NCBI GenBank assembly: GCA_032718475.1
Contig: JAUCBJ010000331.1
Location: 2,157 to 66,156, forward strand
Length of the DNA: 64,000 bases
Source of the DNA: Nemertoderma westbladi
Taxonomy: Eukaryota; Animalia; Xenacoelomorpha
Direction of reading: 5' to 3'
Part shown: one piece after another, positions 38,301 to 49,341 of the stretch
How the letters are laid out: the number at the start of each line of letters is the position of its first letter
Numbering within the stretch: the first letter of the stretch is position 1
The notes under the pieces: model-generated
Database searches by the model: none
Told to the model about the DNA's origin: nothing
The model's input: the letters and a program-made list of their open reading frames with translations, nothing else
Translations under genes and position numbers: made by a program

Positions 38301-41300
38301 GTAACTGATCTGGTCTGTAACTGCTCTGGTCTGTAACTGCTCTGGTCAGTAACTGCTCTGGTCTGTAACTGCTCTGGTCTGTAACTGATCTGGTATGTAA
38401 CTGCTCTAATCTGTAACTGCTCTGGTCTGTAACTGCTCTGGTCTGTAACTGCTCTGGTCTGTAACTGATCTGGTCTGGTCTGTAACTGCTCTGGTCTGTA
38501 ACTGCTCTGGTCAGTAACTGATCTGGTCTGTAACTGCTCTAATCTGTAACTGCTCTGGTCTGTAACTGCTCTGGTCTGTAACTGCTCTGGTCTGTAACTG
38601 ATCTGGTCTGGTCTGTAACTGCTCTGGTCTGTAACTGCTCTGGTCAGTAACTGATCTGGTCTGTAACTGCTCTAATCTGTAACTGCTCTGGTCTGTAACT
38701 GCTCTGGTCTGTAACTGCTCTGGTCTGTAACTGATCTGGTCTGGTCTGTAACTGCTCTAGTCTGTAACTGCCCTGGTCTGTAACTGCTCTGGTCTGTAAC
38801 TGCTCTGGTCTGTAACTGCTCTGGTCTGTAACTGCTCTGGTCAGTAACTGCTCTGGTCTGTAACTGCTCTGGTCTGTAACTGATCTGGTCTGTAACTGCT
38901 CTAATCTGTAACTGCTCTGGTCTGTAACTGCTCTGGTCTGTAACTGCTCTGGTCTGTAACTGATCTGGTCTGGTCTGTAACTGCTCTGGTCTGTAACTGC
39001 TCTGGTCAGTAACTGCTCTGGTCTGTAACTACCCTGGTCTGTAACTGCTTTGGTCTGTAACTGCTCTGGTCTGTAACTGCTCTGGTCTGTAACTGCCCTG
39101 GTCTGTAACTACCCTGGTCTGTAACTGCCCTGGTCTGTAACTGCTTTGGTCTGTAACTACCCTGGTCTGTAACTGCTCTGGTCTGTAACTGCTCTGGTCT
39201 GTAACTGCTTTGGTCTGTAACTGCTCTGGTCTGTAACTGCTCTGGTCTGTAACTGCTCTGGTCTGTAACTACCCTGGTCTGTAACTGCCCTGGTCTGTAA
39301 CTGCTTTGGTCTGTAACTGCTCTGGTCTGTAACTGCTCTGGTCTGTAACTGCCCTGGTCTGTAACTACCCTGGTCTGTAACTGCCCTGGTCTGTAACTGC
39401 TTTGGTCTGTAACTACCCTGGTCTGTAACTGCTCTGGTCTGTAACTGCTCTGGTCTGTAACTGCTTTGGTCTGTAACTGCTCTGGTCTGTAACTGCTCTG
39501 GTCTGTAACTGCTCTGGTCTATAACTGATCTGGTCTGTAACTGCTCTGCTGTAACTGCCCTGGTCTGTAACTGCACTGGTTTGTAACTTTGCTCTGGACT
39601 GTAACTGCACTGGTCTGTAACTGCTCTGGTCTGTAACTGCTTTGGTCTGTAACTGCTCTGGTCTGTAACTGCTCTGGTCTGTAACTGCTCTGGTCTATAA
39701 CTGATCTGGTCTGTAACTGCTCTGCTGTAACTGCCCTGGTCTGTAACTGCACTGGTTTGTAACTTTGCTCTGGACTGTAACTGCACTGGTCTGTAACTAC
39801 CCTGGTCTGTAACTGCCCTGGTCTGTAACTGCTTTGGTCTGTAACTACCCTGGTCTGTAACTGCTCTGGTCTGTAACTGCTCTGGTCTGTAACTGCTTTG
39901 GTCTGTAACTGCTCTGGTCTGTAACTGCTCTGGTCTGTAACTGCTCTGGTCTATAACTGATCTGGTCTGTAACTGCTCTGCTGTAACTGCCCTGGTCTGT
40001 AACTGCACTGGTTTGTAACTTTGCTCTGGACTGTAACTGCACTGGTCTGTAACTGCTCTGGTCTGTAACTGCCCTGGTCTGTAACTACCCTGGTCTGTAA
40101 CTGCCCTGGTCTGTAACTGCTTTGGTCTGTAACTACCCTGGTCTGTAACTGCTCTGGTCTGTAACTGCTCTGGTCTGTAACTGCTTTGGTCTGTAACTGC
40201 TCTGGTCTGTAACTGCTCTGGTCTGTAACTGCTCTGGTCTATAACTGATCTGGTCTGTAACTGCTCTGCTGTAACTGCCCTGGTCTGTAACTGCACTGGT
40301 TTGTAACTTTGCTCTGGACTGTAACTGCACTGGTCTGTAACTGCCCTGGTCTGTAACTGCACTGGTTTGTAACTTTGCTCTGGACTGTAACTGCTCTGGT
40401 CTGTAACTGCTCTGGTCTGTAACTGATCTGGTCTGGTCTGTAACTGCTCTGGTCTGTAACTGCTCTGGTCTGTAACTGCTCTGGTCTGTAACTGCTTTGG
40501 TCTGTAACTGCTCTGGTCTGTAACTGCTCTGGTCTGTAACTGCTCTGGTCTATAACTGATCTGGTCTGTAACTGCTCTGCTGTAACTGCCCTGGTCTGTA
40601 ACTGCACTGGTTTGTAACTTTGCTCTGGACTGTAACTGCACTGGTCTGTAACTGCCCTGGTCTGTAACTGCACTGGTTTGTAACTTTGCTCTGGACTGTA
40701 ACTGCTCTGGTCTGTAACTGCTCTGGTCTGTAACTGATCTGGTCTGGTCTGTAACTGCTCTGGTCTGTAACTGCTCTGGTCTGTAACTGATCTGGTCTGT
40801 AACTGCTCTAATCTGTAACTGCTCTGGTCTGTAACTGCTCTGGTCTGTAACTGCTCTGGTCTGTAACTGATCTGGTCTGGTCTGTAACTGCTCTGGTCTG
40901 TAACTGCTCTGGTCAGTAACTGCTCTGGTCTGTAACTGCTCTGGTCTGTAACTGCTCTGGTCTGTAACTGCTCTGGTCTGTAACTGCCCTGGTCTGTAAC
41001 TACCCTGGTCTGTAACTGCCCTGGTCTGTAACTGCTTTGGTCTGTAACTACCCTGGTCTGTAACTGCTCTGGTCTGTAACTGCTCTGGTCTGTAACTGCT
41101 TTGGTCTGTAACTGCTCTGGTCTGTAACTGCTCTGGTCTGTAACTGCTCTGGTCTATAACTGATCTGGTCTGTAACTGCTCTGCTGTAACTGCCCTGGTC
41201 TGTAACTGCACTGGTTTGTAACTTTGCTCTGGACTGTAACTGCCCTGGTCTGTAACTGCTTTGGTCTGTAACTACCCTGGTCTGTAACTGCTCTGGTCTG

Positions 41301-41346
41301 TAACTGCTCTGGTCTGTAACTGCTTTGGTCTGTAACTGCTCTGGTC
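35338..41346. repeat. 16-bp satellite (gtctgtaactgctctg) x ~370 with variant units and duplicated blocks
   Basis: Directly visible. Confidence 0.97.
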
Positions 41347-41425
41347 GGGTGGTCCAAGCTGAGTACAATACCTACGAGGAACTGTTTTACGACATCGCGT
41401 ATCTAGCCATCGACGAGGCGTTACA

Positions 41426-43981
41426 ATGACAACAAATAACGTATCCGATACCGACGAGATGGATCACCACACAGACTCGGAAGCCGACGAGGTACCAAAC
41501 GTCAACAACATGACCCGTCGGTTAGGGGCTCTTAAAGGCGGAGTATCCCGAGCGTATCAACGGATGGAGAAACAACTCAAGGGAGTCAAAACCCCCCTCA
41601 ATGAGGTACAAACTCAGCTTCAAAGTATCCGAAATATCCTACAGCGGTACGAAAGAATGATACAGGCGTACCAAGAGCTCGTTCCCCCCACCGATCTGGA
41701 AAACTACCCCAAGTTGGAAGAACATGTTGTACATCTAGATGGGTTCCGCAAACAACACCGGAGGACCCTCAGCCTTGTGAGAGGCTATGAGGAACAGTAT
41801 TACAAGAGGGCTGAAAGAACAGACGCGGAATCAGTACGATCCTCGAGCATCAGGACAGCAGTACATCGAAAGAGAACGGGGTCCGTTAGAAATCAGCACT
41901 CCAGCGCTAGGAGCGAGATATCCGGCTCAGCGCGCAGTTCTCAAGGGGCGCCGCCACTCCGAGACCAACTGCGAGAACGGAAGGCATTAGCCCTCAAAGC
42001 TCGGATGGAAGATGAGTATATTCAACTGCAAGCCGAGCAAGATGTATTAGCCGCCGAAACACAAAAGCGAGAGGCCGAACAAGCGGCCGAACGGCAGGCC
42101 GAACAACGCGAACAGGAGGCCGAACAACATAGACGAGAGGCCGAACGGCAGGCCGAACAACGCAAACAGGAGGCCGAACAACATAGACGAGAGGCCGAAC
42201 GGCAGGCCGAACAACGCAAACAGGAGGCCGAACAACGCGGACGAGAGGCCGAACGAGAGATTGAACAACGTAAATGGGAAGCGGAAATGCGTAAACAACA
42301 CGCCGAGGCCCAAGCAATTCTCATCCACAAAAAGAATGCGGATATTGCAAAACTCGCAGAATACGAAGCCGCACTTATAGAACGAGATATTCAACTCTAC
42401 GAGGACTGGGAAAGGGATATAGATCAGGAATATGAACCAATTCCGGTACCGGAGTTAGAAAAGTCATTTACACCAACAGCGGCGAAACCTCCGAAACCCG
42501 AGATCCCGCCTACCAAACAGTCTACGCTATCGGCACAAGCCCTGGTGTTCCATCCCCCACCGGCTACGCTAAAGAATGAGGAACCTTATTTCCCATCCAA
42601 CACCACGACAGCGAGTGTACCCAAGTACGAGCCTGAAAAGGACTCGGAACGGGACGCCACTCCCCGATCGAACAACCCATTTACATCAACACCACAAACT
42701 CGTAGCCGCGTCATTATTAAAACTCCACCTATTATTGATCCATCAAGTATGGGAGTGAGTGCCAATAACTATAACCCTCCGAGTCACTCCAGTTCAGATG
42801 ACGTCAGCATCATCCGGGTGTTGGAGAACCGCCTTGCCATGCCTAAGATGGAGATTCGCACCTTCGAAGGAGATCCCGTCGATTACCTCAGATTCAAGAA
42901 ACGGTTCTTTGCGCAGATCGGATCAACGGACATAGCCGACGCACAGAAATTGGTATATTTATCACAATACCTGGGTGACAAACCACGCAGAATTATTGCA
43001 TGTTTTGAAGGAGGTTCTCATGAGGCATACTATGACGCATGGAAAACTCTGGATAAAAGATACGGAAATACCGGAACTATAATTAATAAAACTCTAGAGA
43101 GACTGATACAGGACGCGGGATCACTAGGGGAACCACAGAACATACAGGAATTCTCCGACTCTATGAAGGATGCCTACTATACTCTGAAACCCTTAAATAA
43201 GGAGGACCAGGTGAACAACATTCTAAACCTCCGACAGATCGCCAAGAAGTTCCCCGGATGGTTACAAAGTAAGTGGGCTTATAAATGTGTAGATCTCCGG
43301 CGCAGACATCCAGATCGAGATCCTAGCTTCCTTGAAATGTCGGCATTCCTAGACGATATCTCCGAAGCCATGAATGACTCAATGTTTTCAAAACAAAGTC
43401 TCGCAAAGTTGGACGGAATAGAGAGCAACTCCAGGAGTAAGATAACCCCTCCGAAACCGAGATTCCGCCCCCCACCGGTAAGTACGATGGCCATTACCAT
43501 GGCCGAGGATTCCGACGACGAAGACTACGAGGAACCGACATCCGCCGAGGAATGGGCATGTTATCTCGCGAATTGGGCACCCGAAAGGGAAGGCATCACA
43601 AATTCCCTGCTCTGTCTCTTCTGTGGGGAGAAACATAAAGTGGAATTCTGCAGAAAGTTTCAGTTCGCCGAACTCGTCCCACGCTTCGAGGCAATAATGA
43701 AACACCGAGGATGCTTCCGGTGTCTTGGAACAGGTCACTATGTTCGGGAGTGCGACCAAAGATCATGCTGTGCTGTCTGTAACGACCAACGCCATCACAC
43801 GCTCCTCCACATCCCCACGAACTTCGATTTTACTACCCTCCCCTTTCGGATCGAAGCCAGGCGAAGAGGAGAAACAAACCACATCTTCAAAGGAACCCGG
43901 ACAACCCAACGGAGAGAAACCAACCCGTTTAAAATCTCCACCGATACACCACAAGTAACCAATATTTCTGGCCACGATTAA
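41426..43981 (+). CDS. gag: BEL/Pao Gag (coiled-coil repeats, DUF1759-like core, three Cys/His knuckles)
   Basis: PKMEIRTFEGDPVDYLRFKKRF..KLVYLSQYL, then CLFCGEKHKVEFC, CFRCLGTGHYVREC and CAVCNDQRHHTLLH. Confidence 0.92.
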   Translation: MTTNNVSDTDEMDHHTDSEADEVPNVNNMTRRLGALKGGVSRAYQRMEKQLKGVKTPLNEVQTQLQSIRNILQRYERMIQAYQELVPPTDLENYPKLEEHVVHLDGFRKQHRRTLSLVRGYEEQYYKRAERTDAESVRSSSIRTAVHRKRTGSVRNQHSSARSEISGSARSSQGAPPLRDQLRERKALALKARMEDEYIQLQAEQDVLAAETQKREAEQAAERQAEQREQEAEQHRREAERQAEQRKQEAEQHRREAERQAEQRKQEAEQRGREAEREIEQRKWEAEMRKQHAEAQAILIHKKNADIAKLAEYEAALIERDIQLYEDWERDIDQEYEPIPVPELEKSFTPTAAKPPKPEIPPTKQSTLSAQALVFHPPPATLKNEEPYFPSNTTTASVPKYEPEKDSERDATPRSNNPFTSTPQTRSRVIIKTPPIIDPSSMGVSANNYNPPSHSSSDDVSIIRVLENRLAMPKMEIRTFEGDPVDYLRFKKRFFAQIGSTDIADAQKLVYLSQYLGDKPRRIIACFEGGSHEAYYDAWKTLDKRYGNTGTIINKTLERLIQDAGSLGEPQNIQEFSDSMKDAYYTLKPLNKEDQVNNILNLRQIAKKFPGWLQSKWAYKCVDLRRRHPDRDPSFLEMSAFLDDISEAMNDSMFSKQSLAKLDGIESNSRSKITPPKPRFRPPPVSTMAITMAEDSDDEDYEEPTSAEEWACYLANWAPEREGITNSLLCLFCGEKHKVEFCRKFQFAELVPRFEAIMKHRGCFRCLGTGHYVRECDQRSCCAVCNDQRHHTLLHIPTNFDFTTLPFRIEARRRGETNHIFKGTRTTQRRETNPFKISTDTPQVTNISGHD

Positions 43982-44000
43982 TCTTATAAATCGCCGCTAC

Positions 44001-47000
44001 ATGGTTTTCGCAAAGGTAATCCCAGTAAGGATCCAAGGAGTCGGCAAATCTTTGACGACACTCGTGTTCCTCGATAACGGGTCTGACGGAACCATCATCG
44101 ACCGGGATTTCCTCGAGCAACTCGGCCTAGAATATGAACCTTGTAAACGGCCCATACAAACCATCACCGATAACAGAGAAGTAGAGTCCGGGGAGGTACA
44201 ACTCCAGATGGAAGGAGTGATGAAGGGCTACGAAACGGCTAAGTTAACCATCAAGAACGCCTTGTTACACACAGACCTCCGGGTGCGGTTCCGACAATCA
44301 GCCGAGTATGCCCCCCTCATACAATTGGACCGAGACGATGTAGACCTGAGGTGTCCGCAGTTGGACGTGAACCGTATCACCCTACTGATCGGACTTGATA
44401 TACTGGAACTACACATCCCCACCGGAGATATCGCTCGATCTATAAACCAGGATGATGGATTTTATGCTGAACGAACAATAATGGGATGGACACTCTGCGG
44501 CATTAAGGAGGAAACTACGGACACCTATACCTACCTTCCTAAATGTCAGATTAAAGAGAATGTAACCTCTGTGGGTTATTGCTCAGCTTCGGATCTCGAC
44601 GAGGATTTGTTTCTGGAAACCGAGAAAACCCAACGAGAGATGACGAAATATTTTAATTTGGAGACCCAGGAGTTCGCGGAAAAGGACGAAAACCCATCCG
44701 AAGAGGACCAATATTGTATGGACGTTCTCGACCAGGCCACGTTTAAAGACGGACATTGGTGTTCACCTATGTTATGGAAGGATCCAAACAAACCAATGGC
44801 AAACAACGCCAGCATGGCACTTAGGCGACTTAAAGGGATTCTACGCCGGCTGACTGACCAACCCGAGATAAAGGAGAAATATAATACCGTAATCCAAGGA
44901 TATCTCGATGATGGATTAGCAGAAATGGTACCACGGAATGAACTGCAAGGTGGTGAAAGAACATATTATCTCCCAACCCACTATGTAGTAGAAGCCCGCA
45001 AAGGTGGGAAAATCCGAGTGGTAAATGATGCTGCCGCTATGTACCAGGGCGAATCCCTAAACAGTCAGCTTTACACGGGACCCAACATATATAGTACACT
45101 CATCGGCGTATTGATCAGGTTCAGGGAAAACCGGGTAGCATTCACCTGTGACATCAAGGCCATGTTTCATCAAGTTCGTACGTTACCAAGAGACTCGGAC
45201 TGTCTACGTATCCTATGGACGGATAAAACGCTTACTCAACAGGAGATTAGCCAACTCACGATCAAGGACGTAGACGTAATGCGTATGGTCGTCAGGATCT
45301 TCGGCGCTAAGGACTCGCCGGTAGCATGCAGTAACATGCTAAAGAGGACAGCAACTATGTGCGAAAACGAGTTCCCTCCAACCGTCATAGAAACCATTCA
45401 ACGATGCTTCTATGTGGACGACGGATGCGCTGGCGCGGATAATGTGGATGAGGCATATCGGCTAGCAATGGGGATGGTAGAATGTCTGAAGAAAGGAGGG
45501 TTTCCGCTCGTGAAGTTCAGATCCCACGACAAAACACTTATGGAAAAGTTTCCAGAGGACATCCGGCTGGAAAATAACAAAATGTATTCGGAGGATGTGG
45601 AACATCGTGTACTTGGGATTGAATGGGACATAGAATCAGACGAATTCATCTTCAAATATAAACCCCTACCCAAGCCTATGACAAAAAGGGGATGTTTGTC
45701 GATAAAAAGCGCCATCTTCGACCCACTAAATTTCATATCTCCAGTAACCTTGGCCGGAATGAACCTGATTAAGGAAATGTGGATAGAAGGACTGGGATGG
45801 GACGAAGAGCTCCCCCCATACCTCAGCGTCAAATGGAGAAAATGGACGGAGCAGCTCGAACACCTACACCTTATGCGGATACCTAGACCGTTCTTCCTCG
45901 ATAAATTGCCCACCGATATCTTCCAGCTCCACACCTTTTCGGATGCTTCGAATACCGGAATCGGCGTAGTCACCTTCCTACGGAGACTAAGTAACGATGG
46001 AAACGGCGATACAAGCTTCTTATTCTCCAAAGCAAAGACAGTATCCGGGGAATTCGTAGCAACGATCCCGAGACTCGAGCTACAAGCTGCAGTTTGGGCA
46101 GTAAGACAGAATCGCATGGTCATGCGGAATCTACGGATCCCCATAGAATCTCAACACTTCTGGGTAGATTCGAGTATAGTTCTCTATTATCTCCACTCTC
46201 CATCACGGCGTCACACCACATTTGTTGCAAACCGAGCCACGGAGATTAAACAGTGTACCGGCCGAGAACAGTGGCATCACGTGAATGGGAAGGAAAACCC
46301 AGCGGACTTATCAAGCCGAGGCGCCACCCCAAAACAACTCGGTAAAAGTAAACTCTGGCTTACAGGCCCGGAATTCCTACGGCAGCCACAATTAACATGG
46401 AGTACCCGATTCGACCCCGAGCTCGATAGCGGAAAATACTCCGAGGACGATAAAGAGATCCGTAAAATCCATCGAAGCAACGCGGTGGAAATTTATAGTT
46501 GTCTGACTGAGCCTGCAAAGGACTCGGGCAGGCACTATAACGTCGCGACGATCACTCAACTAGCGGCGTCTTTACATCGGTTGATCGAGCGAACTTCATC
46601 CATGAGACGGCTCGTCCACTACGTTATAACCCTTCGCAACTTCCTACGGTGGAAAAACAACAAACCGATAGTTCAACGGAATATACAAGAACTTATTATC
46701 GCGGAGAAGTGTATTGTTAGATATGTCCAGAAAGAAAGTTTCCCCGATGAATGGGAACAACTTAGTGCGGGCAAAACGTTGAAACCGGACAGCCCAGTCT
46801 ACCAACTGAGACCAATGATGGGAGAGGACGGACTGATCCGACTGAATACCCGGATGGCAAACGCCCCGGTCGAATATGAGGTTAAATACCCGGCGCTTCT
46901 GCCCGGAACGTCGACACTAGCTAAGCTATTAATTCTACAATGTCACGAGGACAACCACCACGCAGGACAGAATTGGATTATAGCTAATATAAGACAAAGA

Positions 47001-48116
47001 TATTGGATCACCCACATCCAGCCACTGATCCGGAAAGTGTTGAAACGTTGCTTCACCTGCAGACGTTACCTAGCGCCACCAATCACCCAAAAGATGGCCG
47101 ACTTACCAGCCACCCGTCTACAAGCGGATTCCCCACCATTCTACGTCACCGGAGTGGACTGTTTCGGACCGTTCACGGTTATTGAACGACGATCCAACAT
47201 CAAATGCTGGGGAGCCATCTTCACCTGCCTAAGGTCTAGGGCAATTTACCTAGATATCGTGGTAAATCTGACACAACACGCATTCATCAACGCTCTGCGT
47301 CGATTCGTGGCGAACAACGGGACATGCCGCCACATGTATTCCGATAACGGTACAAACTTTGTGGGAGGAGAAAGAGAACTTAGAGAGGCGATCGAGGGAT
47401 GGTTTACCGATAACACCGCATCCCAAGTCTGGAAGGAACACCAGATACAGTGGCACTTCCAGACCCCCTTAGCACCCCATACGAGCGGGGTATGGGAGAA
47501 ACTGATCGACCTAGTGAAACGATCCATGCGCGTCGCTCTAGGCGATACCCGGGTAACCCATGACACCCTCCGCACAACATTCTGCGAGATCACGGCTACC
47601 CTGAACAACCGACCCATTGTTCCTATCCGCGACGACCCCACAGACCTGGAGCCCCTCACTCCTAACCACTTACTGGGGAGACCCAAAACCCACGTCCTCC
47701 CGGAAACCATGTTCCCGGATCCCAACGAGATCGCGAAACATACAAACTGGAAAAAGGCCCAAGCGTTGGCAGCGCATTGGTGGAGAATTTGGGCCCAGGA
47801 GTATCTCATAACCCTCCGGACCAGGAGGAAATGGAACAACACCTACAGGAACGTCGCAGTTGGCGACATGGTACTAGTTAGAGAAGATCTCAAAGACCGC
47901 GTTCACTGGCCTGTGGCGCGGGTCGTGACCATACACCCAAGCAAAGACGGACTTGCGAGGACTGTGACGATACGAACGAAATCGGGCCACTACCAACGCC
48001 CCATCCAAAAGCTGTGCCTTCTTGAAGGCAATGATAGCGGTGACTCTACGAGAGGTGATAAGTTCCCTACTCAAGATCCTGCTGCAGACATCGGTGACAA
48101 TTATAAATGCGTTTGA
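44001..48116 (+). CDS. pol: BEL/Pao Pol (aspartic protease, RT, RNase H, integrase)
   Basis: FLDNGSD; DIKAMFHQV..FYVDD; FSDAS..TIPRLELQAA..FWVDS..NPAD; H..H/C..C; GVDCFGP, SDNGTNF, GVWE; WPVARV..RPIQKLCLL. The frame is open from 43959. Confidence 0.96.
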   Translation: MVFAKVIPVRIQGVGKSLTTLVFLDNGSDGTIIDRDFLEQLGLEYEPCKRPIQTITDNREVESGEVQLQMEGVMKGYETAKLTIKNALLHTDLRVRFRQSAEYAPLIQLDRDDVDLRCPQLDVNRITLLIGLDILELHIPTGDIARSINQDDGFYAERTIMGWTLCGIKEETTDTYTYLPKCQIKENVTSVGYCSASDLDEDLFLETEKTQREMTKYFNLETQEFAEKDENPSEEDQYCMDVLDQATFKDGHWCSPMLWKDPNKPMANNASMALRRLKGILRRLTDQPEIKEKYNTVIQGYLDDGLAEMVPRNELQGGERTYYLPTHYVVEARKGGKIRVVNDAAAMYQGESLNSQLYTGPNIYSTLIGVLIRFRENRVAFTCDIKAMFHQVRTLPRDSDCLRILWTDKTLTQQEISQLTIKDVDVMRMVVRIFGAKDSPVACSNMLKRTATMCENEFPPTVIETIQRCFYVDDGCAGADNVDEAYRLAMGMVECLKKGGFPLVKFRSHDKTLMEKFPEDIRLENNKMYSEDVEHRVLGIEWDIESDEFIFKYKPLPKPMTKRGCLSIKSAIFDPLNFISPVTLAGMNLIKEMWIEGLGWDEELPPYLSVKWRKWTEQLEHLHLMRIPRPFFLDKLPTDIFQLHTFSDASNTGIGVVTFLRRLSNDGNGDTSFLFSKAKTVSGEFVATIPRLELQAAVWAVRQNRMVMRNLRIPIESQHFWVDSSIVLYYLHSPSRRHTTFVANRATEIKQCTGREQWHHVNGKENPADLSSRGATPKQLGKSKLWLTGPEFLRQPQLTWSTRFDPELDSGKYSEDDKEIRKIHRSNAVEIYSCLTEPAKDSGRHYNVATITQLAASLHRLIERTSSMRRLVHYVITLRNFLRWKNNKPIVQRNIQELIIAEKCIVRYVQKESFPDEWEQLSAGKTLKPDSPVYQLRPMMGEDGLIRLNTRMANAPVEYEVKYPALLPGTSTLAKLLILQCHEDNHHAGQNWIIANIRQRYWITHIQPLIRKVLKRCFTCRRYLAPPITQKMADLPATRLQADSPPFYVTGVDCFGPFTVIERRSNIKCWGAIFTCLRSRAIYLDIVVNLTQHAFINALRRFVANNGTCRHMYSDNGTNFVGGERELREAIEGWFTDNTASQVWKEHQIQWHFQTPLAPHTSGVWEKLIDLVKRSMRVALGDTRVTHDTLRTTFCEITATLNNRPIVPIRDDPTDLEPLTPNHLLGRPKTHVLPETMFPDPNEIAKHTNWKKAQALAAHWWRIWAQEYLITLRTRRKWNNTYRNVAVGDMVLVREDLKDRVHWPVARVVTIHPSKDGLARTVTIRTKSGHYQRPIQKLCLLEGNDSGDSTRGDKFPTQDPAADIGDNYKCV

Positions 48117-48389
48117 ACCCTTCTCATCATGTTGACAAACTCTTTTTAACTGTGATTTACTGACAATGAGTTATGGACCCCCCTTAAACCAACTGTAACC
48201 ACGCAATGGTATTTGTGTTTCCTCGTGTGTTATGTGGAGTCCAGCATCACCCTGCAGATGTTTCGACTGACGCAGGGTCGTTTATGTTTTGTTTACCCTG
48301 ATTTTGGTCATCAGGACCTACGATATTGGATTATTGGAGATGGAAAAGATTTGAAGTGGAATTCATTGTATTCATCGCAGTATGTTATG

Positions 48390-48812
48390 TTGTCCGTTGC
48401 GTGTGCAGTTCGGGGCGTAGGCGGTGTAACGAGTCCAGCTGTAGATCCCGGATTGCCGCGCAACACCCCCTCTATCCCGTTATTCTGGTGGGTCCATGGT
48501 GCATCCACATGACTTCGACGATAGAGGGTTTTATGTTTCTCAGTCGCGTTATTCTGGTGGGACCGTTGCGTGGATTTTGGGGCGTAGGCGGTGTAACGAG
48601 TCCAGCTGTAGATCCCAGAATGTTGCGTAACCCCATCCCACATGACTTCGTCGACTGAGCTTTATGTTGTTGGGAGTGTTATTCTGGTGGGTCCATGGTG
48701 CATCCACGTGACTTCACTCCCAGTGTCGTCATTGTCCGTTACGTGCGCAGTTTGGGGCGTAGGCGGTGTAACGAGTCCAGCTGTAGATCCCGGATTGCCG
48801 CGTAACACCCCT
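48390..48812 (+). repeat. Three ~170-bp spaced direct repeats between pol and ORF3
   Basis: ggggcgtaggcggtgtaacgagtccagctgtagatccc occurs at ~48412, ~48579 and ~48754, with ttattctggtggg also present three times. Confidence 0.85.
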
Positions 48813-49341
48813 TCCACGACAAAGATTAACCAAAGAAAATGATTGAATATAGTTGGAAACGATGAAAAGGATCAGACAACTCTACTATAAACCTGAATGA
48901 TGATGCGTATGCTGATGAAAATGAAATGATGCGCACCCTGGTGCTGCGCTTATAACAATGATGATAGCCGGGGGGCTATAAACCCAATGATGATGTGGAA
49001 ATAAATAAATGTGAAATAAATGGTGGAAATAAATATGTTGAAATATGTGGAAATAAATGAAATGAGATGAAATAATAATGAAATGAAAAAAGACAAAAAA
49101 AAGGTATAAAAAGGTCTAAGAAAAGAATTGGAAAAAAGAAAGGACAAAAAAGTCATAAAAAACTGGTTGGATATTAATGTATAGTTATAGTAACTGTAAA
49201 TGCTGAATGTATTAGCAATAAGATGATAGATGCCTATATAGCAATGTTATTAATAAACTGAATTAAATAAAAAACTGAATCATTCTGCTATCGCTATAGT
49301 TTCAGACTTTCTGGACTTATAATTAACTGATCTAATTTGTA

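Noticed and set aside
35794-41368. 684-aa and smaller QLQTRAVTD-type ORFs
   Set aside because: These are translations of the 16-bp satellite.
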